NCBI GenBank assembly: GCA_028534125.1
Contig: CM052816.1
Location: 88,352,001-88,416,000, forward strand
Origin: Lama glama
Lineage: Eukaryota
Reading direction: 5' to 3'
DNA length: 64,000 nt
Part shown: piece after piece, positions 26,484-39,800 of the stretch
How positions within the stretch are numbered: the first letter of the stretch is position 1
Layout of the letters: each line of letters starts with the position of its first letter
Notes under the pieces: generated by a model
What the model saw: only the letters and a program-made list of their open reading frames with translations
Databases searched by the model: none
What the model was told of the DNA's origin: nothing
Translations under genes and position numbers: made by a program

Positions 26484-29169
26484 AGAATTAAATTAATAAA
26501 GATGAGGAGAAAATAAGTTTCAGGTTACTTTAGTACATATGTATTCACAAGCACAGGTAAAATCCATATTGTTTAAAATATCACTCTGTAAAAATAAAAT
26601 AAATGTATTGAATTAAATAGAAGACCTTTTCTTTAGGTTTAGATTGACCTATTAAGATAAAAATGGAATCTTTTGACTCTATGTGACTCTGTATTCCAAA
26701 CAGCTAGTAACTTTTGAGGAGCAACTGTTCACCATTTAACAACATTTTCCCAAGATATCTAACGCACCTAAGGAAAGAATAGCTGCCTTCCAGTGATTTC
26801 CAATTTATCCAATTTTCCGGCAACTTGTCTGCTCACACAATGACAGATTGCTCTTTCATTCTCTCCACTTTCTGAACAGCTAAGCCAATTGTTTTCAATC
26901 CTTTTCCTTCAGCAACTCAATCACTTAAAACACTGTCGAGTGGTCCCTGAAGGGATTTCTCTTTAGTTAAATGGTTACACACCTCTCCCATCATCCAAAG
27001 CACCAAAGGAGAGATAGCAGTATTTTTCTTTATACCTGGGCCCGTTCCACTGTTTCCTCCATCCTGAAGTCTGGTCGAAAACACTGCTACAGATTGGATT
27101 ATTTAGTATAGAGTCTCAGAGAATCTGAGGACACAGAACTTCCATATGTATTTGGCAAATGGTTATTATATATTTCTGAAATATCCAAATTTAGTGGTCT
27201 CCTTAAAATATCAAGATAGACAGGTTGAATACTGTATACAAACAAGAGCTTACTTAAGAGATCTGCCCAACTATAGAGCCAACTAATACAAACTCCTAAA
27301 TTCCAAAAGCTGCTTAGAACAGAGGGATGGTGAAATGGAAGAGTTCCTCATAGAGCACCAAACACCACTTGCCAGGTATGAATCTGGGAGTCTCGATAAT
27401 GCCTCCAAATGCTGCCACCCTGAGGTTCTACTCCTTTTCCTCTTAAGTGAAAGTGTACAAGTGATTCAATTCTCCTATTCAAATTTATATAAGGCCCTAT
27501 ATAGAGATTTACATTGAAGTTACACAATGTCAATGTCAAACGCAAGTCATTATCTGTTTGCTCAAGGACGGCCTCTCAGAAAAATTTTTGATGAGATTCC
27601 TAATTTATTTAACCTATTGGATGGATAAAAATCATCAAATAAATCAGTGTGTCTTTCTAATATTTTATGAAGTAGGGAGAGCACCAAGCCATTTGAATAA
27701 CCATTTGTATTTAAAAACTAATATATTTTGGTCAAGTGACATTTAAGTTCATAAAGGAAATCACAACGTTAACTTTTTGACTCAACACACTGCCTTATCT
27801 GATAAATTATTTTCTAATTAAAATATCCATGGGACATATTTTCAACATATAAGAACTCGTATCAAAGTTAATAAGGCTAACCTGAAGATACAAGTTGACT
27901 CTTCCTTTGTATACTATAGAATGTTCATTAGAATTTCTTGAAACTGTTCACTTTTTTGTCTTCTTTTATATTTTGCCATGAAAAAAATACAGATGTATTT
28001 ATAACATATAGGTCTTTAACATTATAGAATTATCAAAATAATGAATAATGAACTTATTACTAATTACCTGTATCTTAAATATTTTTTATTCATATTGGAA
28101 TATTTCCTCATTGCAGTTTGCTCAAAAGTTGACATGATGGAGCTATACATTTTTAGTGTCATATGTCCTAAAGTGCAAAATACTTACATTTTTATTTCAG
28201 ATAACTTGACTAAAATTTGTGTAAACGTTTTATATCCATGGACTTAATTTACAAAACATAGGCAAAGTGTTAGATATATTTATAAGATGTATAAAAATCA
28301 TGAGCAGGTATATGTGCATTCCATTATGCTACTTATGAAAACAAATAGCAGGCTATCCCCTTATTTTGTGGTATTCAACTATATACATTATTAAAGGCTC
28401 ATGACTGATATCTTGTATGCTCAGTCTGTACTAATGTAAAAACAAGAGAACATGATAGAAAAGGCTGTTGAGAAAGAATGTTAACTTCAACAGCTAGAAT
28501 ATATGCACTGCTCTTCTTGTCTAGAGCTTTAGAGCATTTCAGCAAATCTTTGCAATCAACATAAGTGAAATGCTGATAGCATCCTAGGTACCATTGGGAT
28601 ACACATACGTGCAAGGGTAATATTTATATTTCCTTCAGGATAGCCTGAAAATAGTACTACAAGTTTTGTTGTAGATCAACTTAAGGGATTGAAAGTGTTA
28701 TTCATTATAAGATTGGTTGTAACATAGCTAAAGGATTTTAAACGCTTGCTGGAAAACCCATAGGAGAAAATGCAAATAGAATTCCTGTCTTACAAGCAAA
28801 TTCTAATGGAAAAGCTTATCTGATGAAATGTAAATCTGAATCATTATGAAGTTCAGGAAATACGAAAATATCTCCCACAAAGACAATCTTCTCTTATCGG
28901 ATTGGGGGTTTCACTGTCACATACCACTTCTGAAAGCCTCTTTTTAGCAAACATCTAGAATTAAGTGAATTAACTATTACATATAACTTGTAAGTATAAT
29001 TGATTTTACCTTATAACTCTAGAATCAAGAATTACATATCCTTATAAGCTGTTGTGTCTTATATCAACTTGGACTTTTGAGACCTACTTTACATCAGAGG
29101 AAAAAAGGAAGTAAAATTTTGTTTCTGTTGTGACTCCTCTACTTCTTTTTTTAACTTGTAAGTCTTTTT

Positions 29170-29408
29170 TTTTTTAACATTTTTTATTGATTTATAATCA
29201 TTTTACAATGTTGTGTCAAATTCCAGTGTTCAGCACAATCTTTCAGTCATTCATGGACATATACACACTCATTGTCACATTTTTTTCTCTGTGATTTGTC
29301 ATAACATTTTGTGTATATTTCCCTGTGCTATACAGTGTAATCTTGTTTATCTATTCTACAATTTTGAAATCCCAGTCTACCCCCCTGGTAACCACAAGTC
29401 TGTATTCT
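29170..29408 (-). mobile_element. Young 5'-truncated L1 (camelid-type 3' end) with 15-bp TSD
   Basis: poly-T followed by aacattttttattgatttataatcattttacaatgttgtgtcaaattccagtgttcagcaca...ggtaaccacaagtctgtattct; flanked by identical cttgtaagtcttttt at 29155-29169 and 29409-29423; TT/AAAA endonuclease site on the minus strand. Confidence 0.93.
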
Positions 29409-29916
29409 CTTGTAAGTCTTTTTAATAATATTTTATCATAGTGTTTGCACAGCATATAGTGCAGTCAACAAATATGTACTGATTACTTTTAAGTATTAGG
29501 GATAAAAAAGCTAAAAATCCTGACAAATATATTTTATTTGGAAATTCAGTCAATACATTAATAAATATTTACAGAATACCAGACGAGACTAATGTGACTT
29601 TGTAGCACATCACATAAAAATCTTTAACAGCCAGTTAAAAGTTAGAAAAAAAATGAATTAAGATAATGCAATATTGTTATAGATAATTATTGTGCCCAGA
29701 AGTTCACAGATTTACTTGACATGCCATTGGTAGAAAAAGCCCTTAGTTCTTTTTGAAGAAATAGTACAGTCATAGGATGTCAGAGTGAAACAGAAAAGGA
29801 AAAGGCCAGGTCTGAATATCTCTTAAGGATGTTGGCCTTTTCAAAAACTCAGCGTATTTAAAATTTATTTCAATTCCCAGAAATTATTTTTTAATTTAGT
29901 ACCTTTTATTTCATCC

Positions 29917-30110
29917 TTTATTATTGAAGTATTATTGATTTGCAGTATTATATGAGTTTCTGCAATAGAACATCAGGATTCAATATTTTTATATGATACG
30001 AAATGCTCACCATGAGAATTCTGGTTACCATCTGTCACCACACAGAGTTATTAATGACTATCCTCCCTATGCTGTACATTACATCCCCATATTTTATTTG
30101 TTTCATAACT
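29917..30110 (-). mobile_element. L1 3' end (L1MA-class, laurasiatherian)
   Basis: ttattgaagtattattgatttgcagtattata...ggttaccatctgtcaccacacagagttatta...ccctatgctgtacattacatcccc. Confidence 0.8.
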
Positions 30111-30239
30111 TAGCAATCATTTTTATACTAATAGATTGCTAGCGTTTCCTTGATTAAAAGAATCAAGTCAAGGATAAATATTTTTGAGATTTAAAATTAC
30201 CTTAAAATTATCATATATCCTGTTATTGTTGTCTCCATT

Positions 30240-30412
30240 TCTTTTTTGCTTCCAATTTTTGTCGTGACTTATTTTGTCTTTCCTTTCCTTTCTCTTTCTT
30301 TCCTTCTTTTCTTTTATTTTTCTGTTCTGAGTTTTTGTTTGTTTTGTTTGTTTTTATTTTCTTTGTCTTGTCTTGCCTTGCCTTTTATTTCTTTCCTTTC
30401 TTTTCTTTTTCT
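30240..30412. repeat. T/C-rich low-complexity tract
   Basis: mixed tttc, tttg and tcttg short units read directly. Confidence 0.8.
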
Positions 30413-30634
30413 GGGCACATTCTGAATCCAAATGAGCATATTTGAGGTAAATATCTTATGGGTTACCGAATAGCACACATGCTAAATTTCTAGCACGTAT
30501 TTCAAAGAGCAAGCTACCTATTAACCCAATGTCATTATTATTTTTTTAAGTTATATTCTAGTTATTCACAGTTTTGTGTGGCTATTAAAACATGCATTAG
30601 TGATAAGCTACTCTGTCACAGGGAGAATGTTATT

Positions 30635-31540
30635 AATTGCTCACTTACTCAAGCTAGAAATTTAGAATCCACTTTTGATTCTTCACTTCCCATAGGCCTA
30701 TATCCTATCCATTTCAGATCTATTGATTTAATCTTCTAACTAATACACAGCATATCTCCTTTTCTCTGTCTGTTACCATCAGCTTAATTCACAGGAGGGA
30801 GAAAATAACGATTTTTAGATTCCTGGCTTTGGTGATTGGGAATAATGCCATCCCTGCTGACATGGGAAAACTTGAGGAAGGTTGGTAACTGTTGTCCAAG
30901 GAAAATCAATCTTCAAAAATATTCTCTCTGCTTCCATCTCTCTCACCACTTACTCATTCTCCATCCTGCAGATCCACCTGCAGTGGAAATTTGGCCTGGT
31001 CACTTCCCTTTTTCAAATTATCCAGTGGAGCCTCGTGTCACTTAGAATATAATACAACTCTCCACCTCAGTCCCCAAGGTCTTGCATAATTTGATCTATT
31101 TGTATCTCTTAATTTTCTTGAATCACTAGTTCATTATGGTGAGGCAAACTGCTCTGAATTTTCCAAATATTTCAAGTTTTATCCAATTTCAAGAATGGTA
31201 CCCATGGTCGTACTTGCACCTGCTCCTCAGTCTTTTCTCCATCTTCTCTTTCTAACTGCTTCTCATAATTCATACCACTTCCATACCACTGACTCAGTGA
31301 AGCCTTTTTAATTCTATTCATTCTAAGTGGGCTATTCTGTTTTCTGAGGCCAGTTTTTGTTTTCTGTGAATCATTTTTTACAACAAGAAATAATTTGATT
31401 TGTGTCTGTTTTTGTTTTTTTACCCTCTATTTTCAGGAAGATAGTGTGATTTCTTTCTTTCCACAACTGTATGTCTGATGCCAGCATAGTGCTTGGTAGC
31501 ACGAGGTGTTCATTGAATATTTACTAATGAATGAATATAA
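30635..31540 (+). mobile_element. L2 LINE 3' portion (contains a short antisense L2-like piece)
   Basis: caagctagaaatttagaatcc, ccagtggagcctcgtgtcacttagaatataatacaa, caaggtcttgcataatttg and the terminus agcatagtgcttggtagcacgaggtgttcattgaatatttactaatgaatgaat. Confidence 0.75.
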
Positions 31541-32191
31541 ATATTTAATGAACTAGTGGTTGCGTTTTGATACAGTGTGTCTTGAATTTCAATCTCCTGA
31601 CACTTTCTCCTCTAAAACTTTCATTTTAAATTACAGCTTGAGATTCCTGCTTTTATTACTTTTCTTCTAAGAGAAGACTTTCATAAATTACTTCATATAA
31701 TTGTATGAAGATGGAAATTTCCAGTTTTGTTTTAGAGTATTAGGTGTAAAAGCTATTCTATGTATCGAAAGAAATATTTTTACTTTTTCATAGTAATATA
31801 AGGAACATTGTTATGAATTTCAACACAAGGAAGAATAGGTAACTTGCTCTTTTTTGGAAATATGATTTTTATCTCTTTTGGGTTTAAATGTTTCTGCAAA
31901 TAATATTTTCTCCAGATGTACAGTCAGGGCTCTGTTCTGGACTCTCTTTTCTTCTCATCATGTGGTGTCTAAATTAGACTTATCAAGCTGTGGGGAGTAA
32001 CTCCTTGCCAGGCCATTAAATCAACACAGACATTTTGACCAGCACAGGGGGAAGGAAGGACAGAGAATCACTGAACATCACATGTGACAAAGCGAGTTAA
32101 TACAGAAATACAGAGACAATGGGAGAGGTCACGTCTGGACAGATGTAGACCACACGCTCCCTGAATGAGTCCTCCGTGTTCTGAAGAAACT

Positions 32192-32205
32192 GTGCCACCT
32201 ACTAG
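32192..32205 (-). promoter_or_regulatory. Candidate CTCF motif
   Basis: the minus strand reads CTAGTAGGTGGCAC, a 13/14 match to CCASYAGRKGGCRS, in sequence where I recognise no repeat. Confidence 0.3.
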
Positions 32206-33049
32206 CACCACCTGAAGACCCTTCTGGAAGACTGCAGAATGTTCCATCAGGAGTGCATTGAAAAGAGCTTTGAAGTTATTAACATAATGACAGTGATTAC
32301 TCAGGGTTTGATTTTTTAAGTGTCCTTTGTTGTACAGGTGGCTAAGAACACATCACTTGAATGAACACAGTTAAGGTTTTATCATACATAGTGGGAGATG
32401 AGAGATGGTGCAATATGTTTTTCAACATGGAGTAGTAAATGGTCACTTAAAATGAAAAAAAAATTGTAAAGTTTTCTTTTCCTACTCTTTTGTTCAGACT
32501 CATCTGTACACAAACATTTCTTTTGTTCATGTTTTGGGAGGGAGGTCATTTTGTGGAATTGTTTTATTGATTTTTTTTTAGACCTCAGCTATCAAGATGA
32601 TTCTTAGGATATTGCTAATTTCACTGTCTAAGGATAACCTTGATCATACTAGATTCTTCTACTTATACAGCATAAAAGTGACTGCCAAATCAATTACATT
32701 GTTTCAAGTGCTCAGGACACAGTTACATAGATATCTAAAAGTTAACTTCTTTGGAAATAGATTTTTAGCAAGATCATTGATTAAGCTGGGTTAGGTTGAA
32801 ACTAAATCTGTATCTCTTTGAAATTCCTTGAAAGTTAAACAAGATAACTAAGTTCTATTGCTCTTTCTGACAGTCGTTCAATTAATACTCCCAGAAAAGC
32901 CTAACGTGACTCCTCTTACTGAGTTCAGTGGCCACGTTACCAGCTCTGTCTGCCTTTCCCCTTCATAGTACTTGTAATAATAATTCTATAATATCATCTA
33001 ATATCTATTCTATATCCAACTTTTCCAGTTATTTTAAGTTATCCTTTAC

Positions 33050-33545
33050 AGATTTTTAAAAGCCAGTACCTAATCAATTTCATGTTTCACATTCAGTTGT
33101 TAGATCATCACAGCCTTTCGCCTTTTTATCAGTAACAATATTACTACCATTTAACCAAAATTGACTTTTGGAGACTTTAAATCAGTTGTTACTATTGTGT
33201 AGAATATTCCACATCCTGAATTTGTTCAGTCGGTTCTTGTTAATGTCAAGTAACTTGCCTCTGTATTACCGAACTTTCTTGCACACTGGATGTTAAGTTT
33301 AGAGTTTTGGTTGCTTTTAGGTTAAACATTTTTGCAAGAATGTTTCATAAGTGATGTAATCTTTACCACATCAGAAGACACATGCCAGGTTGTCCCATTA
33401 TCACCAATGCTACATTTTATTTGTGGTTCAAATATTATAAATTTACAATTTTCTTTTGTAATGCATAAGTAACCTATAAGAGGATACTTTGAATTTATGT
33501 CATATTCTGGTCTATTCACTAGGTTTCTGAAATCATTAGATCTAC
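33050..33545 (-). mobile_element. Old L1 3' UTR (L1MC-like)
   Basis: ttgtgtagaatattccacatcctgaatttg, ggttaaacatttttgcaagaatgtttcataagtgatg and cacatcagaagacacatgccaggttgtccc are typical L1MC 3' UTR motifs. Confidence 0.7.
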
Positions 33546-33607
33546 TATGTTATTATACCACCTGCATTAAAATTAAAATCAACATAACTGGTTTGATAGA
33601 GCAGCAT

Positions 33608-33980
33608 TTATAGTCTGAGCTCTTTCATTTGCCAACACCTCTAACCAAACTCTACCTTTAGGCTAAATGAGGACTCTTTTGGAAGATACTGGAGATATCA
33701 GAGGCTCAGAGGAAGCTCTCTAGGAAGCAGGGCAGCTCAAGAGTCCTGGGGCCTGTAATTGGGGACAGGACTCCAGCATGACTAACACTCCCCTTCTCAT
33801 GTCTGCTTCCCTGTGGGTGAAATATCATTCTCTCTTACTGTAGATAAGTTTACTTTTTCTCCAATAAGAGGAGGAAAACGCACCTGTAACCAAATCATGG
33901 GTAGGGCTTCCTTTTTCCTTAGCTTCACTATTAAAACTATTAAGAATGAATCTGGTTAATCTGCCGTGGGCCTAATGTGG
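33608..33980 (-). mobile_element. Old MaLR LTR (MLT1L/M/N-like)
   Basis: tagtctgagctctttcatttgc...ttggaagatactggagatatcagag...tctcatgtctgcttccctgtg resembles the oldest MLT1 LTRs. Confidence 0.45.
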
Positions 33981-36162
33981 TACAGATGCTTGCTCAGCCT
34001 TGGTCCTGTAGGCAAGTGGTGTCGGCGTTGGGTCAGGCTGAGGATCTGTGAGCGCTGTTGACACTGGGATGATAATTGTGAGGTAGGAAGTCACCTCAGC
34101 TTGGGTCTGCTAGAAGGTGCGAAGGGCACCATTTTACATGGCCATACAGTTTGAAAGGGAAAGAAAGTTTGTTCATGGAAACAATAATTTTTTTTCTGAA
34201 TCAGAACTTGAGCTCAATTATTCCCTTGATATCTTTTACAATACTAAGGATTTTCTTTCCTCAGGTAAAAACTGACAAAAATTTCATTAACTACAACAGA
34301 CTTCAGTGAATGGTTCAATACAAAAAATGGACATATAGACTCACTAACTGAAAGGAAAATTACTTTTTAAAAACTATTTAAACTATCATTAGAAAAAACT
34401 TTTTGGCTGACTCACCTTTTATAATACAATTTTAGATACGATTTTATAGACTGTAATAACTTACATTCCTATCTCATTAATCTATTAAATAGCCTCATTT
34501 AGTCACTTAATTAGTTATATACAACATGGCATTAATAATTTGATCAATGACCACTGACGAAAAAAAAATATTTTCATATATATTCTCTGAAGTTTCTACC
34601 AAAATAGTCTCTTGGAAACAATATAGAAATGAAGTGATGAGCAAATAAAAGGTATCTGTGATTTGTTTTTAATTTTGGAAAATCAAAGCATCTCTTAACT
34701 CCCTTACATTTACTTCTACTTTATTAGCAATTACAAATGTATTTGACATTTTTTCTGTGTTTTTGAAAAAGATGCACTTTTATTGCAAATTATTGAAATA
34801 AGCTGTGTTACTTTAGTCTGTGCAATATTTGCTCTATCAAATCAATTTGAAAATATTTATTTTCTTAAAAATGATTGGACTTTTTAATATAATTTTAATA
34901 TAACATTTTAAATAATTTGTAATATAAACTCAAGTTGCAAAAGCAAAATAAAAAATAGTTTTAACTATAGTAGTTCCATTGTAATGCCTATTCGAAAATG
35001 TGAATTTGTTCCAACAGGATGACTATAATTGGAAATAATTAGGATATAACATGGAACTTAGTTTGTTTATGTGAGATTTTGACCCAAAGAAATACTAAAT
35101 AATTGCAGGAAAATTTACCCAGCTGAGTTGGTCACACAGAAACACACAAAATGCAAACAGGGACACACTTCAGTTATCTAGCAGCTACCTCATCTAACTA
35201 GATACTTGCCATGAGCCACATCCATCCGCCTTAGGTGTGACAAGTTTTCTCCCAGTTGCAGAGACCTCTCCTTTCACTACTTCATAATAACTCACAGGCT
35301 GTAACCCCTCCAATATCTACTTCAACAAGCAAATTTCAGGTATTTTTAAAGGTAAACTGCCATATTCAATGTGTGAACCATTTACCATGTATGAAACTAT
35401 GCTACCATACTTATTAGTGTTTCATTTTTTTTCAGTGCCACTGACAAAGTTTGTGAGTTTTATCATTCTTGCCATGAGCCCTGTGTTTTTTATTGCACAA
35501 TTTTGCAGGGCAGAATTATTTTCAGGAACATTGATACTGTGTTAGAACAGAACTGATCACATGTAGGCTTTTTGGTAAACTTTATGAATGGAATAAGTGA
35601 ACCATCAAGACAATTTCTGAGGAGTTTTAATAACTGAATGTTAATATACATAATTAGATTTTATATAATCTTTGAAAGCAATCAAAATGAAGTTGTAAAG
35701 ATAGTAAGTAGAAGTAGTTGCACATAGGCCTATATGGAGTCTGCTTATATAAATATTCATGCTATATTAGAATTAATTTCCATAAAACATGTTATTTATG
35801 TATATGAATTACAAACTAAATATGGCCTTGGTAAGTGTTAGGATATTTTTTATCATTATTGTTAATTTATTAAAAAATGTTTTAATTTTGAATTCGAGTA
35901 ATAATTGTGGAAGGAGTTATGAATGTACTGTATCACATTTAAAAATAATAAACATCAAAAAAAAGGAAATAATAGCTTGGATACTTATATATTTTACATG
36001 TAATGATAATGATTGTCTTAAGATATTAGCAGTCTGTATGCATTATTTTAGCAGTGTTCAGGAGTTAGGAATATGTAGAAAGCAACCAGTAGAGCTCATT
36101 CAGGAAAGAGGTTGGCAATATGCTGATGGAAAAAAAAAAATGACATGAAAGGGGCAACACTT

Positions 36163-36370
36163 GAGATCAGTACATTTTTTAAGTAAAGGATCATATTGTA
36201 AATATTTCAAATTTGTGAACCATACTTTAGCAAGTACTCATTTCTGATCTTATAGTCCAAAAGCAGATATAGGTGATATGTAAATGTGGCCATGTTCCAA
36301 TAAACCTTTATTTAAAAGATAGATGGTGGGTCAGAGTTGGCCCAAGCAGGGCTGTGGGCCAATCGCAGTT
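36163..36370. mobile_element. MER58A-like MITE (hAT-Charlie)
   Basis: gtaaaggatcatattgtaaatattt...aaagcagatataggtgatatgtaaatgtggccatgttccaataaacctttattt...gtcagagttggccc. Confidence 0.8.
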
Positions 36371-36424
36371 TTAGGTTACTGTCAGCAGAATGTTTAAATT
36401 ATTCAAACATAGACCCTACTATGC

Positions 36425-36605
36425 TATTGTTTCCCAAATATGGCTGTGTATTAAAATCATAAGAGAAATTGTTGAAAAACATGAATGCCCAGTTTCTAGT
36501 CCCAGAAATACTGGTTCAATTTATCTCAGTTGGGGTTTGGGAGCTGGACAGTTAAAAGTCAGTCCAGGTAATGATAACACTAAGTAATAGTTAAGAAAAG
36601 CCATG
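36425..36605. mobile_element. MER5-like MITE (hAT-Charlie)
   Basis: gtttcccaaatatggctgtgtattaaaatca...tgcccagtttctagtcccagaaatactggttcaatt...ccaggtaatgataa. Confidence 0.6.
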
Positions 36606-36825
36606 GGCATTTTATGCTCAAAGGGAGTAACGGCCCACAAGAGAGCATTAACGGAAAGGGAGAAGGTGGAGGTGAGACTAGACTGGGAGACAGCGAGGCG
36701 GGAGAGCAGGTGCAGGTGAACTGATAACACACGCTGAACAGAGAGGAGACTGGGAAAAGATCGGTGTGCTTGATTTAGTGACTTCAGAGGAACAGCAGGT
36801 TTTGTAATCTATTATTCCAGGAACT

Positions 36826-37306
36826 GAGTAGGCTTCTAAAATTGCCCCCTTTGATCCCTATGTCCTGGTATTTACCCTTGAACTTGCCTAAATTTGTGAA
36901 TTTACTACTCTCAAAAAGACTTATGCGGAAGAGATGGGATGTCACTTCCAGGATCAGGTTGCACAAAGACCATAACTTCCGTCTTGGGAGCCAGCTGTGA
37001 CGTTGAGAGACACCCAGTGGAACACCCCACATGGCAAGGAGTCAATGTCACCAGAGGACAGCAGCCAAGAGTTAAAGCCTACCAACTGCCACACAAATGA
37101 GTTTGGAAGTGGATCACTTGTGCCTTCAGATGCCGGCAGCCCCGGCCAACTTCGTGACAGCAGCCTTATAGAGACCTTGACCTAGAAGCCCACATTAATC
37201 CTTGCTAGGATTCTTGACCTAGAGAAACTATGAAATAATGAATGCTCGTTGTTTTAATCCAGTAAATGCTGGTGTAATAAGTTAAGCAGCAACAGATAAC
37301 TAATAA
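36826..37306 (+). mobile_element. MaLR solo LTR (MLT1E/F-like)
   Basis: tcctggtatttacccttg, gatgggatgtcacttcca, cccacatggcaagga, gagtttggaagtggatc, gccttcagatg and the terminus gcagcaacagataactaata. Confidence 0.85.
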
Positions 37307-38644
37307 AAGGGGTGATCCAGAGAGAGGCGGGCTCAGGTGGAGGGAAGATAGGGTTGCATGGGTTATAAATATCATGTGGTGAAACTACAGGGCTTGGAAC
37401 TTCAGAGGTGGGATCAGAAAAAAATGTCTATAAACTTGTTGCTATTAATTTGACTAATAAAGGTCATGATCCAGGAGAGCAGTTGCTTACATGTGCCTCA
37501 GAGAATAGATGATTTTATTCCTGGCTGGAGAAATAAAATCTTCCAAAAAGCACAGGGATCAAACAAGATGTCACCTCTGGATCCTGATGTGCAAGGCACG
37601 GGGAGCCTGAAGAGCTTCCTCCAAAACTCTCAGGGAACAAGCAAGTTCAAAGTGGAAGCATCTGTGAGACAGAGAGAGAATGCATGGCAGCTCTCTTGAT
37701 TGATGACTGATTGATTGATTTGGAGGGATGTAGACAGTATTTTGTTTGAGGGAGAGCACTGAAAATGTTCTCTTTCTTTCCAGATTCCCTGTAGTACAAT
37801 TAAGGTAAAAGTACATCTTTACTTATTTCAGAAAGCATACTGAACAAGCTTTAATAGTATTATTAAATTGGAAGATAAAATAACCAATGTTATAAATCCA
37901 TGTTTTCAACCTATTCTTTTAATACTTTCAGAATGATTCCAGAAGAACCTTGAATAAATGGGATATTTATATTCATTTTATGCCATTTTATTGTGACTTT
38001 ATAATAAATGAAGTTTTTGGTAAATATTGGAAGTTAATATTCTGTAGTTTAGAAAAGCAATTTTGAACATTCAGCTAGAGAGTCCATATAAAACTACATA
38101 CATAACACCCCAGAATACAGAAAAAGAATAATTTAATGAACTTAAAAGACAAACTAGGTACTTTGTGCCAAGCTTAACAGGGAAGATACAATTTCAATAT
38201 TGATTAAATAAACTCCCACAAATTGATTTTTCTTTTTGTGCACTCATCAGTGTAAACACAATTAAATTATAAAGCCTGTACTTGTTCAGGAAAGATGTTT
38301 TCTATTCATATTCATGCTACTACGTGGGTGCTTTGGCTTCTGATACTTTGTTATATGAAAACCTTGCAAAGTGAAAAAATAATCCAATAGCTAAGAGTTT
38401 ATGAGTGTTTATTCTGGAGGATTAAAACCTGTGCATTGCCTATAAATACAATATCATAATTTTGCATCAAATGATAATATTGTCAATGTATTTTGAAATA
38501 AATTATAATTGTTATAAGTTTTAAATTAGCATATGTTGCCATTTAAATAAAATGATAGCTAACTTGTTCCCATCAAAATAATATGAAAAATAAAATCAAA
38601 AGTGTCTTAAGTTTTTCTTATACTAAAGACGAAATTCACACACA

Positions 38645-38862
38645 AGTACCACTTATTAAGGGCTGAAGAGCTTCCCAGCACCATGTAAGTTTATAAAATG
38701 CTTAATTCAATAATATAAACTTCACTAAAAGACCTTAAATTACTACTAAGATCTCTGATTTCTGATGAGAAAACTATGACTCAAAGATTACTATCTTGTT
38801 CCAAATCATACTATTAGTAAAATATGCTTTGGAATTCCATTTTTACTGACATCAAAGCTAAT
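38645..38862 (-). mobile_element. MIR SINE
   Basis: accacttattaaggg...tttctgatgagaaaactatgactcaaaga...ccaaatcatactattagtaa...tgacatcaaagct is antisense MIR. Confidence 0.65.
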
Positions 38863-39031
38863 AATCAGTTATGTTCAGCTCTGTGTAACTAAACACCTAA
38901 TTTTAGCAATCTCCATCTGGCTGAGAAGGGAGCACACTGGTACCAGGACCTACCCTGTATGAACTAAATCAGAATCTCTAAAATATGGTGACTGTGAAAG
39001 AATTTAATTTGGAGACTAAAACACGTATTAT

Positions 39032-39125
39032 ATTCCCTCCCTCCCTCCCTTCCTTCCTTCCTTTCTCTTCCATTCTCTTTCTTTATTTTGTTCTTTTGTT
39101 CTTTCGTTCTTTCTTTTGTTCTTTC
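39032..39125. repeat. (CCCT)n/(CCTT)n/(CTTT)n polypyrimidine tract
   Basis: read directly. Confidence 0.85.
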
Positions 39126-39399
39126 TAAAGCAAGTTTCTGCAGCACAGAAGTCAGCTTGGGGGAAAATACTGCCACAGTCCCTCCTGGTTGCAGAAAATC
39201 AGAGGGTAAATTCAACAGCACCTATGAAGATGGGGAGGGCAGGATGACCTAGGAGCAGGATGTGGTCTCTGGATAGAACAGGTAGCTACGCTTGCATTAG
39301 AGTTGACAGAGTGGAGTTAAATCCCCCTAATGATTCTCATGGACAAGCAAGGCTGAGAATTCATTTCAGTGATATAGACAGGTTTGGGTTTTTTCTTAT

Positions 39400-39800
39400 T
39401 TTTTTCTTCTCAGAGTTGTGCGAACAGCCCAGGTGAGATATGAAGTCTCCATGATCATTGAACACCCAGACTTTTATTTTTTTACCACCTTGCTTTGCCA
39501 TCCCCCAAATGTTGCTGCTTTTCCCATTCTCACATGACTGCTCCAGATCCAGCCATCCCAGCTGCTTTTCCAAATACAAGAGCAGAAGAACAGGATGCAT
39601 CTTTCCCTTTAAAACACAGAAGTTACTCACATCACTTCTGCTTCCCTTCATGGCTGAAAACTAGTCCCATGAGTCATGCTTAGTCCTCAAGAAAGGATTG
39701 GAAACACAGTATTTATTCCAGGTGATCATATGTCCAGCTAAACATTAGAGGTCTTCTTTTTTTACTGATCAGGAAACGGTGACTGAATTGCTCTGCAAAA
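39400..39800 (-). mobile_element. MaLR LTR (MLT1J-like)
   Basis: tgactgctccagatccagccatcccagctgc, cagaagttactcacatcacttctgct, ctagtcccatgagtcatgcttag, atatgtccagctaaa. Confidence 0.7.

Noticed and set aside
36997..37185. ORFs inside MLT1 LTRs (also 12863-13066, 17326-17602, 23331-23528, 58294-58497)
   Set aside because: They are translations of non-coding LTR sequence.
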